Assembly: GCA_000826855.1 (NCBI GenBank)
Contig: JTLS01000011.1
Span: 1-52,937, forward strand
Source: Basidioascus undulatus
Lineage: Eukaryota
Direction: 5' to 3'
Length of the DNA: 52,937 bases
Part shown: in pieces, positions 1 to 11,542 of the stretch
Layout: every line of letters begins with the position of its first letter
Numbering within the stretch: position 1 is the first letter of the stretch
Notes under the pieces: model-generated
Seen by the model: only the letters and a program-made list of their open reading frames with translations
The model's database searches: none
Told to the model about the DNA's origin: nothing
Position numbers and translations under genes: made by a program

Positions 1-1632
1 CGTCCGCTGCTCCTCCCCCCCCAGCGGACACGCCCCTCCCGGCGCTCCTGGCCGACGCAGAAGCCTCCCTCCTTTCGTCCTCCACGTCCTCGCGCTTCGA
101 AGGCAACTCGTCCTTCGCCTTCGGCTCCGACGCGCAGAAGAGCTTCGAGCCTCGGTTCGCGACGCCGCTGCCGCCCACGCCAAAGGGTACGGGGAAGGGA
201 AAGGCGCGTGAGCGCACGTGGGGCATCGAGGAGTGGAAGAGGCTCGAGAAGGCGTATCGGGCGGAGAGGCGCAGCGTGGGCGAAGGCCAGAAGGTCTGGG
301 AGACGGATGTCGCGAGAAGGTTCTTGGAGAGCGAGGAGGTGCCGGAGGAGGAGAGGTGCGGCGAGTGGGATCCGTGAGTCGAGGATCTGCTCTTAGGGTC
401 GTTGACGCCTCCGTGAAGATCCACTGACACGCTGCTTGTGGCCCGACAGTGAGAAGATCAAGCTCCGCGTCATCGCCCTCGCCCGGCGTCGCTTCGCCTC
501 GGACAACAAGGACACCAGTCGCCGCCGCACGTCTACCGCGCCCTCCCCGCGCAAGGCCCGCGCCACGCCCGTGCCTGCGACGCCGTCCACGCTGGCACCC
601 TTCTCCCCCACGCCGTCGCTCCTCCAAGGCAGCTACACGCCCATCTATCCCACCCTTCCCTCTGCCTCCACTTCCATCCAACCATCCGCTCTCGGCTCGA
701 CGCGGCTCGCACACCTTGCGGAAGAGGGCGCGCAGCCGAAGGATACGCCGCAGAAGACCGAGCAGGCGCACCCGCAGCAGCCGAGCTCGACGAGGAAGCT
801 CCTCAGCTTCATGTTCAGCCCCATCTTCGGCGCGTCGCCTAAGGTCGCCCCGTCGCCGGAGTCTAAAGCGTGTGAGGAGCCAGCAGCCGAGGCGGTCGAG
901 CCCGAGCGCGAGCAGCAGAACGAGGCGGAGCAAGAGGAGGACGACGCTGAACACGCGAAAGGCGTTGCGCAGGCGGAGGAAGCGAAGAAGGCGGAGGAGG
1001 CGGAGGCACCCACGACGTCGGCCACGACTCCTGCCCCGCCAGCAGCTCCCGCTCCGCCAACTCCCGCCGCTCCGGCGACCGCCGAGCATGCGTCTAGGCC
1101 AGTGCGCGAGGCGTCTACCACTTCCGCCCCGCGCGAGATGACGTCCGTCCAGCGCCGCGCGCTCGCAATCTCCTCCCCGGCCTCCTCCACCGCGTCCCCC
1201 GCGCCGATTGAGCCGCCGCGTCCGATCCGGCACCCCGGCTCCTTCTGGGCCAAGTACCTTCCCACAGCGGCGACGGCCGCTACGGGCGCGACGTACTCTG
1301 CCACGCACGCAGAGCGCGGGATCCCTCCGCGCAAGATCATCCCCGTCCCGCCCCCGCGCCCGCCCTCGAGAGTCCCCGCCAAGCGCAAGGGCGTGCCCAC
1401 GCCGAACGGCGTGCGCGTGCGCAAGGCCGTCCGCGGCCTCGAGCTCGCGGAGGACGCGCGAGAGCGCGAGTGGAAGAGGCTGAAAATGTTTGACCGCAAG
1501 CGGAGCTCGAGCGGGCTGAGGAATGAGGTCAGGTTCGATGATGATGAGGAGGGAGAGGTGGCGGGTGAGAACGAGGGTGAAGAGGAGAAGGAGAAGGAGT
1601 CGTCGAAGCGGTGGTGGTGGAGGAGGTCCTGA
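1..1632 (+). CDS. 5'-partial hypothetical protein, mostly low-complexity Pro/Ala/Ser/Glu-rich, with one short structured-looking block
   Basis: Upstream exon reads ...RTWGIEEWKRLEKAYRAER...CGEWD. A GTGAGT..CTGAC..CAG intron (374-449) joins it in frame to the ORF ending at TGA 1632 (EKIKLRVIALARRR...KRWWWRRS). The start lies outside the window. Confidence 0.65.
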
Positions 1633-1938
1633 GTTTTGCATCGCGGTAACGGATCTGTTTGTTTTGCTTTCTTCGGGTTTCTCGCTATGTTTCTATGCTT
1701 CATGTTGTTCACTTGCTTCGCTAGCGTGCAGGGTCGCGCAAAATTGCAATGCCTTTTGCCTGTAATGGCTGCACGGGACGCGAGCCCGGCAATACAAGCA
1801 AGTGTGCTCCTCGCAGTAGAGTTACGCTCGTTCAACCTCACACAGCAAGCCGGCGGTTACAACACATTGAGGTATCCTATGATTGAACAAAAGCATGGAC
1901 GGCATAGACTCCCCGCATCCATATCACGACGAATCCAC

Positions 1939-2854
1939 CTAGATTGACGTTGGTAGCGTCTGCTCCCACATCTTTTGCATGTCCATCATGATGTCAATCA
2001 CGTCTTCGAAGCAGGCGTAGCAGGCCGCGCGGCGGTCGCGCGTGTACGCGATCTCGGCCTCGGAGGCCTTGGCGTCGGACCGGATCTGCGTGCCGAAGTG
2101 CCCATCGACGTCTGTAATGAACATTGCGACAGCTGATTTCCACCACGCTTGGTAGTCGCAAAACGAATGGCAGTGTTCCTCCCGTCGCTCCGTCAGCGTA
2201 ATCTATATCCAGGTGCGTGCGGAGAAACGCTACGGCTTGACGGTAGCGCTCGCGATGAAGGCAGGTGAGGCGGTGGAGGTAGATCGACGGCAGAGCTGGG
2301 CTTGCTCGTCAGTGAGCTCGTCGACGCGAATATCAAGCGTAAGCGTTGAGATGTGCACAGCGACCTCGTCCCACCCGTGATGGGCGGCGAACGCGAACGC
2401 GTCGATCGGGTGGCTTCGTGCGATGAGGAGGACTGTGCGCGAAGGCCGTTGAGAACGACGGGAGAATCGTATTTATCCCCGAGCTTGACAATTGAACGGA
2501 TCAGTTCCATGGTCTCGAATTTCGGCGGGGGAGAGAGATGGCATAGCATCGCGAGGAAGGGCTCGAGAAGGTCGGCTCGATCGTCGAGGTCGACGATGGT
2601 TGTATGGTCGAGCGAGCCAGACGTGACCGCATGTGGGCGCTTCGCGGGAGTCTGGAGCACGTCAGAATCTCCAGACTGAGGAAGACTGAGCATTGTGTTG
2701 AAAACGCTCGAGCCCGCGCGGAAAAGGAGGGGCTTGACGTTGAAAAGGACCTTGTCCGGGGAACGAAGCGAAAATTCCGTTGGGGCTGAGGAGAAGAGAG
2801 CCGATAACCTGCCGGAGGATGCCGACGTTTGAAGTCGGCCTCCGAAGATGACAT
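1939..2854 (-). pseudogene. Frameshifted BTB/POZ-domain gene (fungal accessory type)
   Basis: BTB-like segment FSLRSPDKVLFNVKPLLFRAGSSVFNTMLSLPQ...IVDLDDRADLLEPFLAML...LGDKYD. The ATG at 2854 is in a different frame from this segment. The expected continuation (HPIDAFAFAAHHGWDEVA) needs another frame change. The C-terminus ...MWEQTLPTSI* ends at 1939. I saw no splice sites that reconcile the frames. Confidence 0.6.
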
Positions 2855-3232
2855 GACAGTTTGTGGGAAGATGCTGTGGCGTAAGCGAGAGGTGCAAGGC
2901 GTTAAGAGATGACCGTGACGTTGAGAAAATGGGTAGCTGGAGCTAAAGGAGGGATCAGGGAGGGACGCCGCTCATGCTTGTTAGTTGCCAGCTTCTCGCC
3001 CGTAGCCCGAGCATCTTCGCGTTCAGGATACTCGGACAAAAGACAGCAATGGTGGATGAGTTTAGCTCTGGACGCTGCACAAGTAATAATCTAGGTTTCC
3101 GCATATGGCCCGGCGTTGCTTCGCGGCGGGATAGTACCCTTCTTGGCGTCCAGTGTGGGACAACGGGTGGGTGACAAGGATCGTCGATCCAACAACAGAT
3201 TCAACACAAATATATATCAGGAACAGGAGTGT

Positions 3233-4515
3233 CTACTCCATGTCAAAGAACACGAACTCGGCCTCGCCGTTAACACCCTCGATAGTAACCTCCTTCGCGT
3301 CGCCCTTGACCTCGATGAAAGCACCGTCGCCCTCCCGGAGCTCGACGCCGTTGACCTTGATCTTGGCAGCGTCCGCGGGGGTGGTGTATCCGCTCGTCAT
3401 GGCGAGGTGCACGTAGCCCTTGCTGCGCTCAAGCGTGTGCTTGACCGACGCGCCCGTGTGGAGGACGGACGCGTACATCGACAGCGGCGACTGGAGGGGC
3501 GCGGGGCCTGAGGTGTCTCGGTCCTGGGAGACGGTCGCATTGGTGTGGGGATGCAGGACAGGTGCGAGCGCGTTGATCTTGGACTCGCGGGGGAAGTGGC
3601 GGGTCTGCGGTGGGCGGAGACGTTGGTGAGCACCTGACGATAGCCGCGACTGGGACGTACATAGTAGATCGGGGTATACGACTGCTTGTTGTTCGGCGGA
3701 ATGGACCAGATCTATAATGCGAAGAGCGTGTCGACGTCTTCCGATGCGATCACGCAGCAGCCTCACGCACCTGAAGGAAGTGCACAGGGCGATCCTTCGA
3801 CTCGCAGTATTCGGAATGACGGATTCCGGTACCCGCGTAAGTAAGCTGTTTATTTCAATACCGATCAGTGGAGAACTTGTCACGGGATTCAGCCAGCGAC
3901 CACGTACCTGCAAGTCTCCGGCCTTGAGCGTCTCTACGTTGCCCATGCTGTCCTGACAAACGGGGCGGTGTATGTCAGTTCGTCATCTAACAGCATTAAA
4001 GACTCCGATGAACCTTGTGGCCCAGTTCCCCTCCCAAAACATAGCTCCAGATCTCAAACCTGCCCTTCCATGCCAAGGTCAGTCGCAGTCCCTTCGACCA
4101 TCTGCAGTGAATACAAAGCATACCGAGCGTGTCCGTGGGTAGGGAATCCTGTGAATTCAGAATGAATTAAATCATGTTCCCTCGGCTGGACCCTTAATCT
4201 ACGCACCACTACCAGGAGCGACACGGTCCTCGTTGATAACACGCAGCGAACCCCACTGCTCAAACCGCGGGTCATAGCTGTTGAGGGTGTCATTAGCTCA
4301 GAGTTCACGTACACGGGGATAGTGAAGGTATGAACTAGTCCGCGAAGGAGAACGTGTGGAAGGTCTGTTTGATTGGAGGGGCAGCTGAGGGTGAGTGAGG
4401 AACGCGAGTGGAAGACGGAGCACAAAGAAGTGCGCACCTTGAGCCAACCGTGGTCTGCACCACCACGCTCTTTGGAAGGACGGATACGGACACTTGCGGT
4501 AGTCGCGTTGAACAT
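3233..4515 (-). CDS. Pirin-family cupin protein (YhhW/quercetinase-like); possible CUG-initiated extension to 4656
   Basis: Spliced translation: RPSKERGGADHGWLK|TFHTFSFADYYDPRFEQWGSLRVINEDRVAPGSGFPTHGHARFEIWSYVLGGELGHKDSMGNVETLKAGDLQLTYAGTGIRHSE...HFLQIW...LREGDGAFI...AEFVFFDME*. Iron-binding HxH and HxE residues are present. All introns are GT-AG. Confidence 0.92.
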
Positions 4516-5725
4516 GGTGCTAGAGAAGCGGCGACTGAGGAAAGCGGACGTCGGGAGGAGGAAAGAGGGCGCGAGTCGGAGAGCCACGATGGCGACGATG
4601 AGGGCCAGGAAGGCGGGAAGCGCGGCACGAACGGCGGTAGCGATGATTGAAGCCAGGGTGGCGGCTTTTGTGGGTTTCGAAGGTGAAGGTGAGTGCACAA
4701 GGCCAATAAATACAGTGGGAAGGAAAGGGAGGACGATAAGATGGGGAACACGGAACGTCAGCGCGTCAGCTCGCTGACAACAAGCTCGCTGACTTTCGCG
4801 ATGTGACAATTTCAGCTGACAGCTTCGCTCTCCGGCGAAACCGCAAGGCGCCTTACATTGCTTCAACAGCAAGGCAACCAAAGTACTCTGCAGAGAGTTG
4901 AAATAATCCTGTTTAATGGTACTCTGTGTTGTGTGTTTCATGCTCCACCGCCGTCGCATGTAAGAAAAGTCCACTCAACCGTCATGGGAGCGGTGTTCGT
5001 CGACCGAGATAACAGTGACAAATCCAACAAATGCACAACAGCCCCTAAAGGACCCAATAGATTTTGAAAATTGAAGACAAACTCGAAAATGAAGAATAGC
5101 CGGTAATCCCTAGCTCAGAGAAGGAGAGCGACAGCGGCGACAGCAGCGAGTGAGTGCGCGCCGTTGGTGTGCGAGGTGGCAGCGGCGTCAACAGTAGTAG
5201 TGGGAACGGCAGAACTGAGGTAGAACTGAGGTAGATTTGGGGCAAGGTGGTGTGAGTGTCCCTCCCACAGACCGATAGATGAATGGGAAGCTTACCTAGT
5301 CGCGGTCGACGTCGCCGACGAGCCAATGATGGCAGCAAGCAGAGGCGTGGTGAGCGTAGTCAATGAGCGAGACAAAACGGTGGGAGGTCGGTCAAAGGGC
5401 AGCGGCCCAGCGCGGTTTGGCGCAATTATTGTTCAAGCAAGTTTTACAACGCGCTCTTCCGCCTGTCTGCCCAAGTCTGCTGTCTGCCTGAGTTGACGTT
5501 GATACATTTACCACCTTCTCATCGCCCGCAGGCACTTTGATATTTTCTTGCTTAATGAAGACCAAAGAATCTTTGTGGTGGAAGTTTGGCAACTCATGAG
5601 CCACGCATTAGACTAAAGGGACAGCTAGTTGGCGTCCAAAGCGAGAGTGTGGGACGCATGATAACGTACAGCGTGCGCCGAAACAACATTTCCAAGTATT
5701 GCAAGTGAATATGGCGAGAACAAGG

Positions 5726-6460
5726 CTAGTTAACGAAATCCGGGCGATATACTAAGGAATGTGTAAAAATCCCATAAAAACTGTTGCGGTTCAACCAGCG
5801 GGATAAACGAGCCCAAACCAGAACGTCCCTTAGTGTTGAGGAAGCTCCCACCTCACGAGCCTCACGTCCAACGTCTCCTTCTCCTGCCTCCAACAAACAC
5901 GACAACCTTGCCCGCCCTAGGGTTGGCACCCACAGACTCCCTCATGAGATCCCTGACAACCTCCCTCCCCGCCTCGTACTCGACCTCGATCCGCTGCATC
6001 CCGCCTGGAACATCTAGCAATCGCAGCAGCCCCGATTCGGTGCCGGAGGGCGAGGAGGTGAAGAGATGGGCCGTATTTGGATTGAACGCGCCCAAGATCG
6101 ACGACAACCTCGTGTTCGCCTTGTCGGTTAGCGCTCGAGCCTCTTCGATCGTCTGATACGAGCGGTGCCTGCGCCACTAGCGTGGGTTTGCGCGCCGATG
6201 TCGAGCATGAGGTGCGACGTGTAGGCATGTACGGCAGGCCGTGCGGAGGGATTGATGAGGAAGGACTGGAACGAAGCGAGCTGGCTTGGTGTGGTGAGTG
6301 AGATTGTGTGCAGAGAAGCGGGGCGAGTCAGGCAGTGGAGGGTTCGCGAAGCGAGAAGGAGCGGGAGAAAAGGGGAGGCGCGTGAGGGAGAGCCGGCAAC
6401 CAGAAGTCGGTAGTGATGAGCTATAAGCTCGAAAAGCTTTTCGGGAAGGTCAAGTAGCAT
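5726..6460 (-). pseudogene. Frameshifted F-box-like accessory gene
   Basis: Starts MLLDLPEKLFELIAHH...LLLASRTLHCLTRPASLHTISLTTPSQLASF, a fungal F-box-like N-terminus. The coding-like sequence continues across three reading frames (YQTIEEARAL..LSSILG; then LLEAGEG..RPDFVN*) with no intron signals. Confidence 0.5.
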
Positions 6461-6819
6461 GTACGGGGTGGCTTCGAAGGAAGGGGAATGGAGAAGGGCG
6501 AAGTGGAAGAGCAAGCAAGTCGCCGCAGTTCGGACCTTTGGGTCGTGTAGGCCGCCTCGCCGTCACATAAGAAATGTATCGCCTTTCTTTGCTCTATGTG
6601 GAGCAGAAGTCGGTAGATTGCACGTACACAGCAGAAGCCAAAGAGTCTTGGGCCTCCCGATCGGAGCTGTGTTGCGTCCATGAAAGCCCGGGTTGAAAGG
6701 TGCATCCCCTTGAAAGCTCGACTCTTCTCATCTTCGCTTGGCAAAGGCATATAAAGGGTGCGCAGTTTGGAGCTCGTTGAATTATGTGACGCATGTTGGA
6801 TTCACGAAATACCGCAAGC

Positions 6820-7995
6820 TCAGGTTGCCCTTCCAACCGGCTCTTCCGGCCCCTGCCCCACAACCTCTATCCCATCGCCGTGATGCGCTACCGTGATGCT
6901 GGGCACATCACCCCCCGCCTGCCTCACCTCTGCCTGTCCAGCTATCTCAAGCTCCGGTGAAGGCTGCGGAGGTACCGCCGAGTATGTGTGGCCCTCGAGC
7001 GGATAGGGCGTAACGTACATCGGCCTCGAGGGAGTACCCGGCTGCGGGCCGGGCACCCAAATGACCATGGGTTCGGAGGAGTAAACCAAACCATGGCTCG
7101 GCTCAGCAGGGGGGAGAGGTGTGAGGGTCGCGGGTTCTTCATTGGAGCGCAGATATGAGGCGTAGGATTGGACGACGAAAGCGAAGTAGAGGTGCAGCAG
7201 CTGTCCCACGAAGAGACTCTGCAAGTCACGAGTCACGTGAGCATGGAAACCGGAATGGGAATGGAAAGGGAAAGCAGGAATGAGGAAAATTAGACGAACA
7301 GCAGAGCATCCGGCGATAGTAGGAATGTCGACATATGTGTAGGAGGGGCCGTTGATCTGATTGCCGTATCTGTTGTACGAGTAGTCGACCTCGGTGTGGC
7401 TGGATCGGATGCAACACAGTGAAAAGAATGCATGAAATGAGGAAGTATCCACAGCGTGACATTGGCCGGACCCAGGCGTGAAAACTCACATCGAGTTGAG
7501 GATGACGATGACGAGGCCCCAGACGCTGAGCGCGAGGCTGATGGCGAAGGACGCCTGATGGGGCGGAACCAGCGCGTCATTAGAAAGCCCCTCAAGATAT
7601 TTCAGGCACTTCAGCATTACTCACCCAGTACAGCTTGGTCACTGTCCCCATTCCGCCTGCCTTCCTTCTGCTCGCAGCCACGAGCCCCCCGATGCTAAGC
7701 CCCACTTCAAAGGCCGACCACAGCGCCGATAGCAAAGCCTGTACGAAAAGCGGAATGCCTGTTCCACGCTCGAATCCGCGGTTGAAGAAGTAAGAGAGTC
7801 CCCCTTGAATGAGGAGTAATACGGTGATGGCAAAGGCGACGAGGGAGGCGACGAGGGCGAGGGAGAAGATCGTGATAGTGGCGGGACGAAGAGGTACTAG
7901 GGAGTGGCGGCAGCGGAGGATCAGAACACAATTTTCAGGGTTGAGAAGAAGATCATTGGCCCACTGCAGAAGCAACAGGACCGTGGAAGTCGCAT
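6820..7995 (-). CDS. Multi-pass (about 4 TM) membrane protein with N-terminal CCxCIPLR motif and Pro-rich tail
   Basis: ATG 7995 MRLPRSCCFC|IPLRPATITIFSLALVASLVAFAITVLLLIQ... is followed by further hydrophobic segments (ASFAISLALSVWGLVIVILN; LFVGQLLHLYFAFVVQSYA). Introns are GT-AG. Stop at 6820. Confidence 0.7.
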
Positions 7996-8867
7996 GATCG
8001 CTCGATGGGAACAGACCAACGCATAAAAGGTGGCTGTCGTTCTTGAAGGGCAGAACGGCAGTAGGATTGCCGAGAACGGTAAAGCGTGGGGGAAGAAGTA
8101 ACGAGCGACGATGGTCAGTGGTTCAAAGATCCAAGAGAAGGCGGTAAGAGGGAAGAGAGACGAGGAAAATAGACAGGAGAAGTGCGTTCACCGGCAGGGC
8201 GCGCGCACAGGCCGCCTGTTGAGACAGCATACAAAGCACCGCATTTCAGGCACAAGCACAAAAATGCGGAGGTTTGTCAGGCGGCCTGGCCTTGCATTCG
8301 TCTTTGATTATTGTCCAGTTATCGGACTCTGAGCTAGTTATCCGAAAGCACTTCGCATTAGTACTTGGACGTGTTGGAGGAGGCCCGGATTACTGGCATC
8401 GCGACCGCTAGTTGCGTGCAAATCGTGCCGGTTGAGGCGTGACAGAACACGCTTTCGAGATTTGTTGAACCTCCTCAATCCATAAGCTAATTCACCTTTG
8501 GAACTGAGCTTGGTTTGCCTAGGTAAACTACAGACATTGTGCGCAGAGAACCGCGCCGCCGTCATGAAGACGGCTGCCCCTGGTAGCAGTAAATCTGTTG
8601 CTCATCGCAGCGGACCAAATTCTTCAACACGAAAATATTTCATATAACGAGTACAGCCCTGAAGGGGTCTTTTCGCAAAATTCAGTACACAAAGGCAGTG
8701 CTTTGCTGTGGACGCGTTCAGCGGCATTCGCCACTTTCGAATACAGTTTGGACATCCATCTCATATCTAATGGCGACTGGTACACGGTCAACATACTGAT
8801 TCGTTACCTTTTCCTTTTGATTATGAAACCGGATGAGCCTGATGACGAGTCCAGGCTGTATTCGAGA

Positions 8868-8898
8868 TGGCAACTTGTGCAGGTGGCAACTTGTGCAG
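8868..8898. repeat. 16-bp tandem duplication (TGGCAACTTGTGCAG[G]) x2
   Basis: Read directly from the sequence. Confidence 0.85.
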
Positions 8899-9120
8899 TC
8901 CTCGGGCGTCCCAGTCTGTGCCGCTGCTCCTGCCGCGTTCAACATCACACGGGCTGCCCTAAACTCCGCCACTGCGTATGGAGGGAAGCGCCACACTTTA
9001 TGACATATTATAGGGGCCCTAATATCAACACAGCACTTTGTTGAGAATGTGATGGGAGCGTGTCTTTCTGCGTAGGTCAGACGAGGACAGCCGTGAGTAG
9101 TGTGCGGGCATTGGTCTACT

Positions 9121-9156
9121 TCCTGAATCCCTTGCCATCCTGAATCCCTTGCCATC
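9121..9156. repeat. 17-bp tandem duplication (TCCTGAATCCCTTGCCA) x2
   Basis: Read directly from the sequence. Confidence 0.9.
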
Positions 9157-9964
9157 TGGGTGGTGTATTCCGATGATTAAATACACAAGTGAGAGTTTAA
9201 GCAGCATCCAAAATGCCTGTACGACCTTGCTTGCCGGTCCTTGATGCAGTGCCTGCCATACAGGCAGCCTTTTGTGGTACACAAGTATGTTTTATTCCAG
9301 TTTCACAGGCTCGTATGTTGCTTCATCGAAAAGGCGAGCTCAATGAAGCCGGTACGCGCAAGTTTCTGCCGACTTTGCGAATATCGAGTAGACGCATGAA
9401 GAGTGCAACAAGAGTCGGACAGGACGAGCTAGGCCTCAAATATTGGCTTGGCCTCCCTCAAGCCCGTCCTTGTCCTGACGGCCTGGATGGATGACCAGGA
9501 TCGCGACTGTCTGATCACAATGTACGCCGATGGTGTGCTTGGGGATAGGACAGATGGGACGACAAAGAGTGACTCTTCATGTTCAATTTAATTGCTGTTC
9601 ATTTGGAGGTTCATGGGTGACCGGAGGCGCACACACACGGACTGGCGCTGCTCTTCGCGCTCTGGACCAAGTCACCTGGCGTCAGCCTGGGCCTTAGGAT
9701 ATGGCGAATACCTGGGAGCGAACGTCAGATGACAGAAAGACTGTCTAGCGGAATACTTTAACATGAGTCATTGATGATATAATGTGAGCTCACAGACGGC
9801 GAAGCGAAGGTCGAACAGTGGGCTTTACAGGCCGCGGAACCGGGACCCACGCAATGGTTGCATACTCGTGCTGCTGGCTAAGGATCATTAGCCCTTTTTG
9901 CAGTCCACGGTTATACTTTGGCCTACCAATGGCAAACGGTGTTCATTGAGTGCACGTGTCAAGC

Positions 9965-11057
9965 ATGAGCACGGTGCCAGCTGCCCAGTTCATGCCTTTA
10001 CACGCCAGTACCAGCAATCACTCGACGTTGACCTCTCGATGCCCGCAGACTGACTCCGTGCATCGCCGGAGCTACACTCTTTGGACTGGGTGACGTCCTT
10101 GCTCAACAAGGTGAGCTGGTCTGAACTGAAAGATGATCATCGGAAGCCGTGCTGAATTACTATCTTACGCATTGGTATTGTCCGATAGCGGTTGACCAGC
10201 GCGGTCGTGATCATGATTTTGCTCGCACTGCGCGGCTAGTCTTCTACGGCGGGTACGTACAGAGCAACAAGAGCATTCAAAGACATATTGGAAATGACCA
10301 TGTAATACTTTTCAGATGCATTTTCTCCCCGATAGCAGTCAACTGGTGAGCCGCTTCGACGCTGCAGTGGCAGCGCAGTCAATCGTGATACCGTTACCCC
10401 CGCCTTAGGTTCAGACTTTTGGATTGCTTGCCCTTCGAGGGCAGGGTGTCGAAGGCGCTGGCAAAAGTGCGGAATCCTCGTTCGCCTATTTCAGTCAGAA
10501 GATTTCGCTGAAGTCTGACTGCGGAAACAGGTCGCTGTCGACCAAGCTGTCTTCGCACCCTGCGCCGTTGCGGGCTTCTTCACCATGACTACTCTTCTAG
10601 CGGGCGAGGGAACTGATGTGGCGAAGGAAAAGCTGGACAGGGTTTGTCTCATGTTGCAGAAGACCCGGCTCTCATGCTTCACATGCTGACACGAGCCGCT
10701 CTTCAGAACTGGTGGCCAACGCTGCAGCGCAACTGGGTGCGCTGTCTCGGAAGTTCTCTACCCATGACTTGAAAGCTGATATTCCAAGCGGCCGACAGTC
10801 TTTGTATATTCCCTACCAGACTCTCAACATGCTGTTTGTTCCGCTGCAGCACCGCCTTTTGGCCGTCAATGTCAGATCCTCTCCCCGAAAGCCACTCATC
10901 CATGGCGCGTCACTGACTGATATCCGTCTCACAGCTCTGTTCCCTCTTCTGGAACACCTACCTCTCTGTCGTCGCGAACTCTTCGCCTAAAACCACAGCG
11001 CCTGGGTTGGAGGAAGTCGCAGAGCAAGCGCTGCGGAACATCGAGGCGGCCATTTGA
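9965..11057 (+). CDS. SYM1: Mpv17/PMP22 family membrane protein (SYM1-like); start codon unresolved
   Basis: Spliced: LTPCIAGATLFGLGDVLAQQ|AVDQRGRDHDFARTARLVFYGG|CIFSPIAVNW|FRLLD...KALAK|VAVDQAVFAP...EKLDR|NWWPTLQRNW|SLYIPYQTLNMLFVPLQHRLLAVN|LCSLFWNTYLS...AAI* (TGA 11055-11057). The first confident exon starts near 10049, so the 5' coordinate is approximate. Confidence 0.8.
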
Positions 11058-11408
11058 CGGCGTGCGACTGCCATTTACCATAGAAACGGCGGCCATGGTT
11101 GCAGGCCATCCGCATATAATTGATCATTTTCTGCAACATTTTCGCGTGAATATTGCACATACACGGCACTTCAAACCTAATCAATTGCATATCTTATCAT
11201 TGGAAAGTGAAACGTGCATGAGCGCCGCCAATCGCGGCGCAGCAGCGTCTGCACGTGAGCGTACCCTGCACCGTGCCAACAGCATTCTCCCGTTGGCTTC
11301 GACGCAAGCAAGCACGATAGGTGCAGCATGGACGAGTGTACCTTCCGCTCCCCAAGCCGTCTGGGTTCCTGAGCGTCGTCCGGTCAGCTCGGTCCAGCTC
11401 ATGTACAG

Positions 11409-11415
11409 TATAAAA
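11409..11415 (+). promoter_or_regulatory. TATA box of the GDPD gene
   Basis: TATAAAA about 130 nt upstream of ATG 11543, followed by a pyrimidine-rich leader. Confidence 0.5.
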
Positions 11416-11542
11416 GCCGACACCGACAGAGACGACTTGTTTCTTTTCAGCCACATCTTTCCCGCCGCGTTTGCCTGGGAGCCCGCTCTCCGTCTCTCCT
11501 CTGATCCTACCTTACCGTCGATCGCCAAAGCCAACGCCAGTC

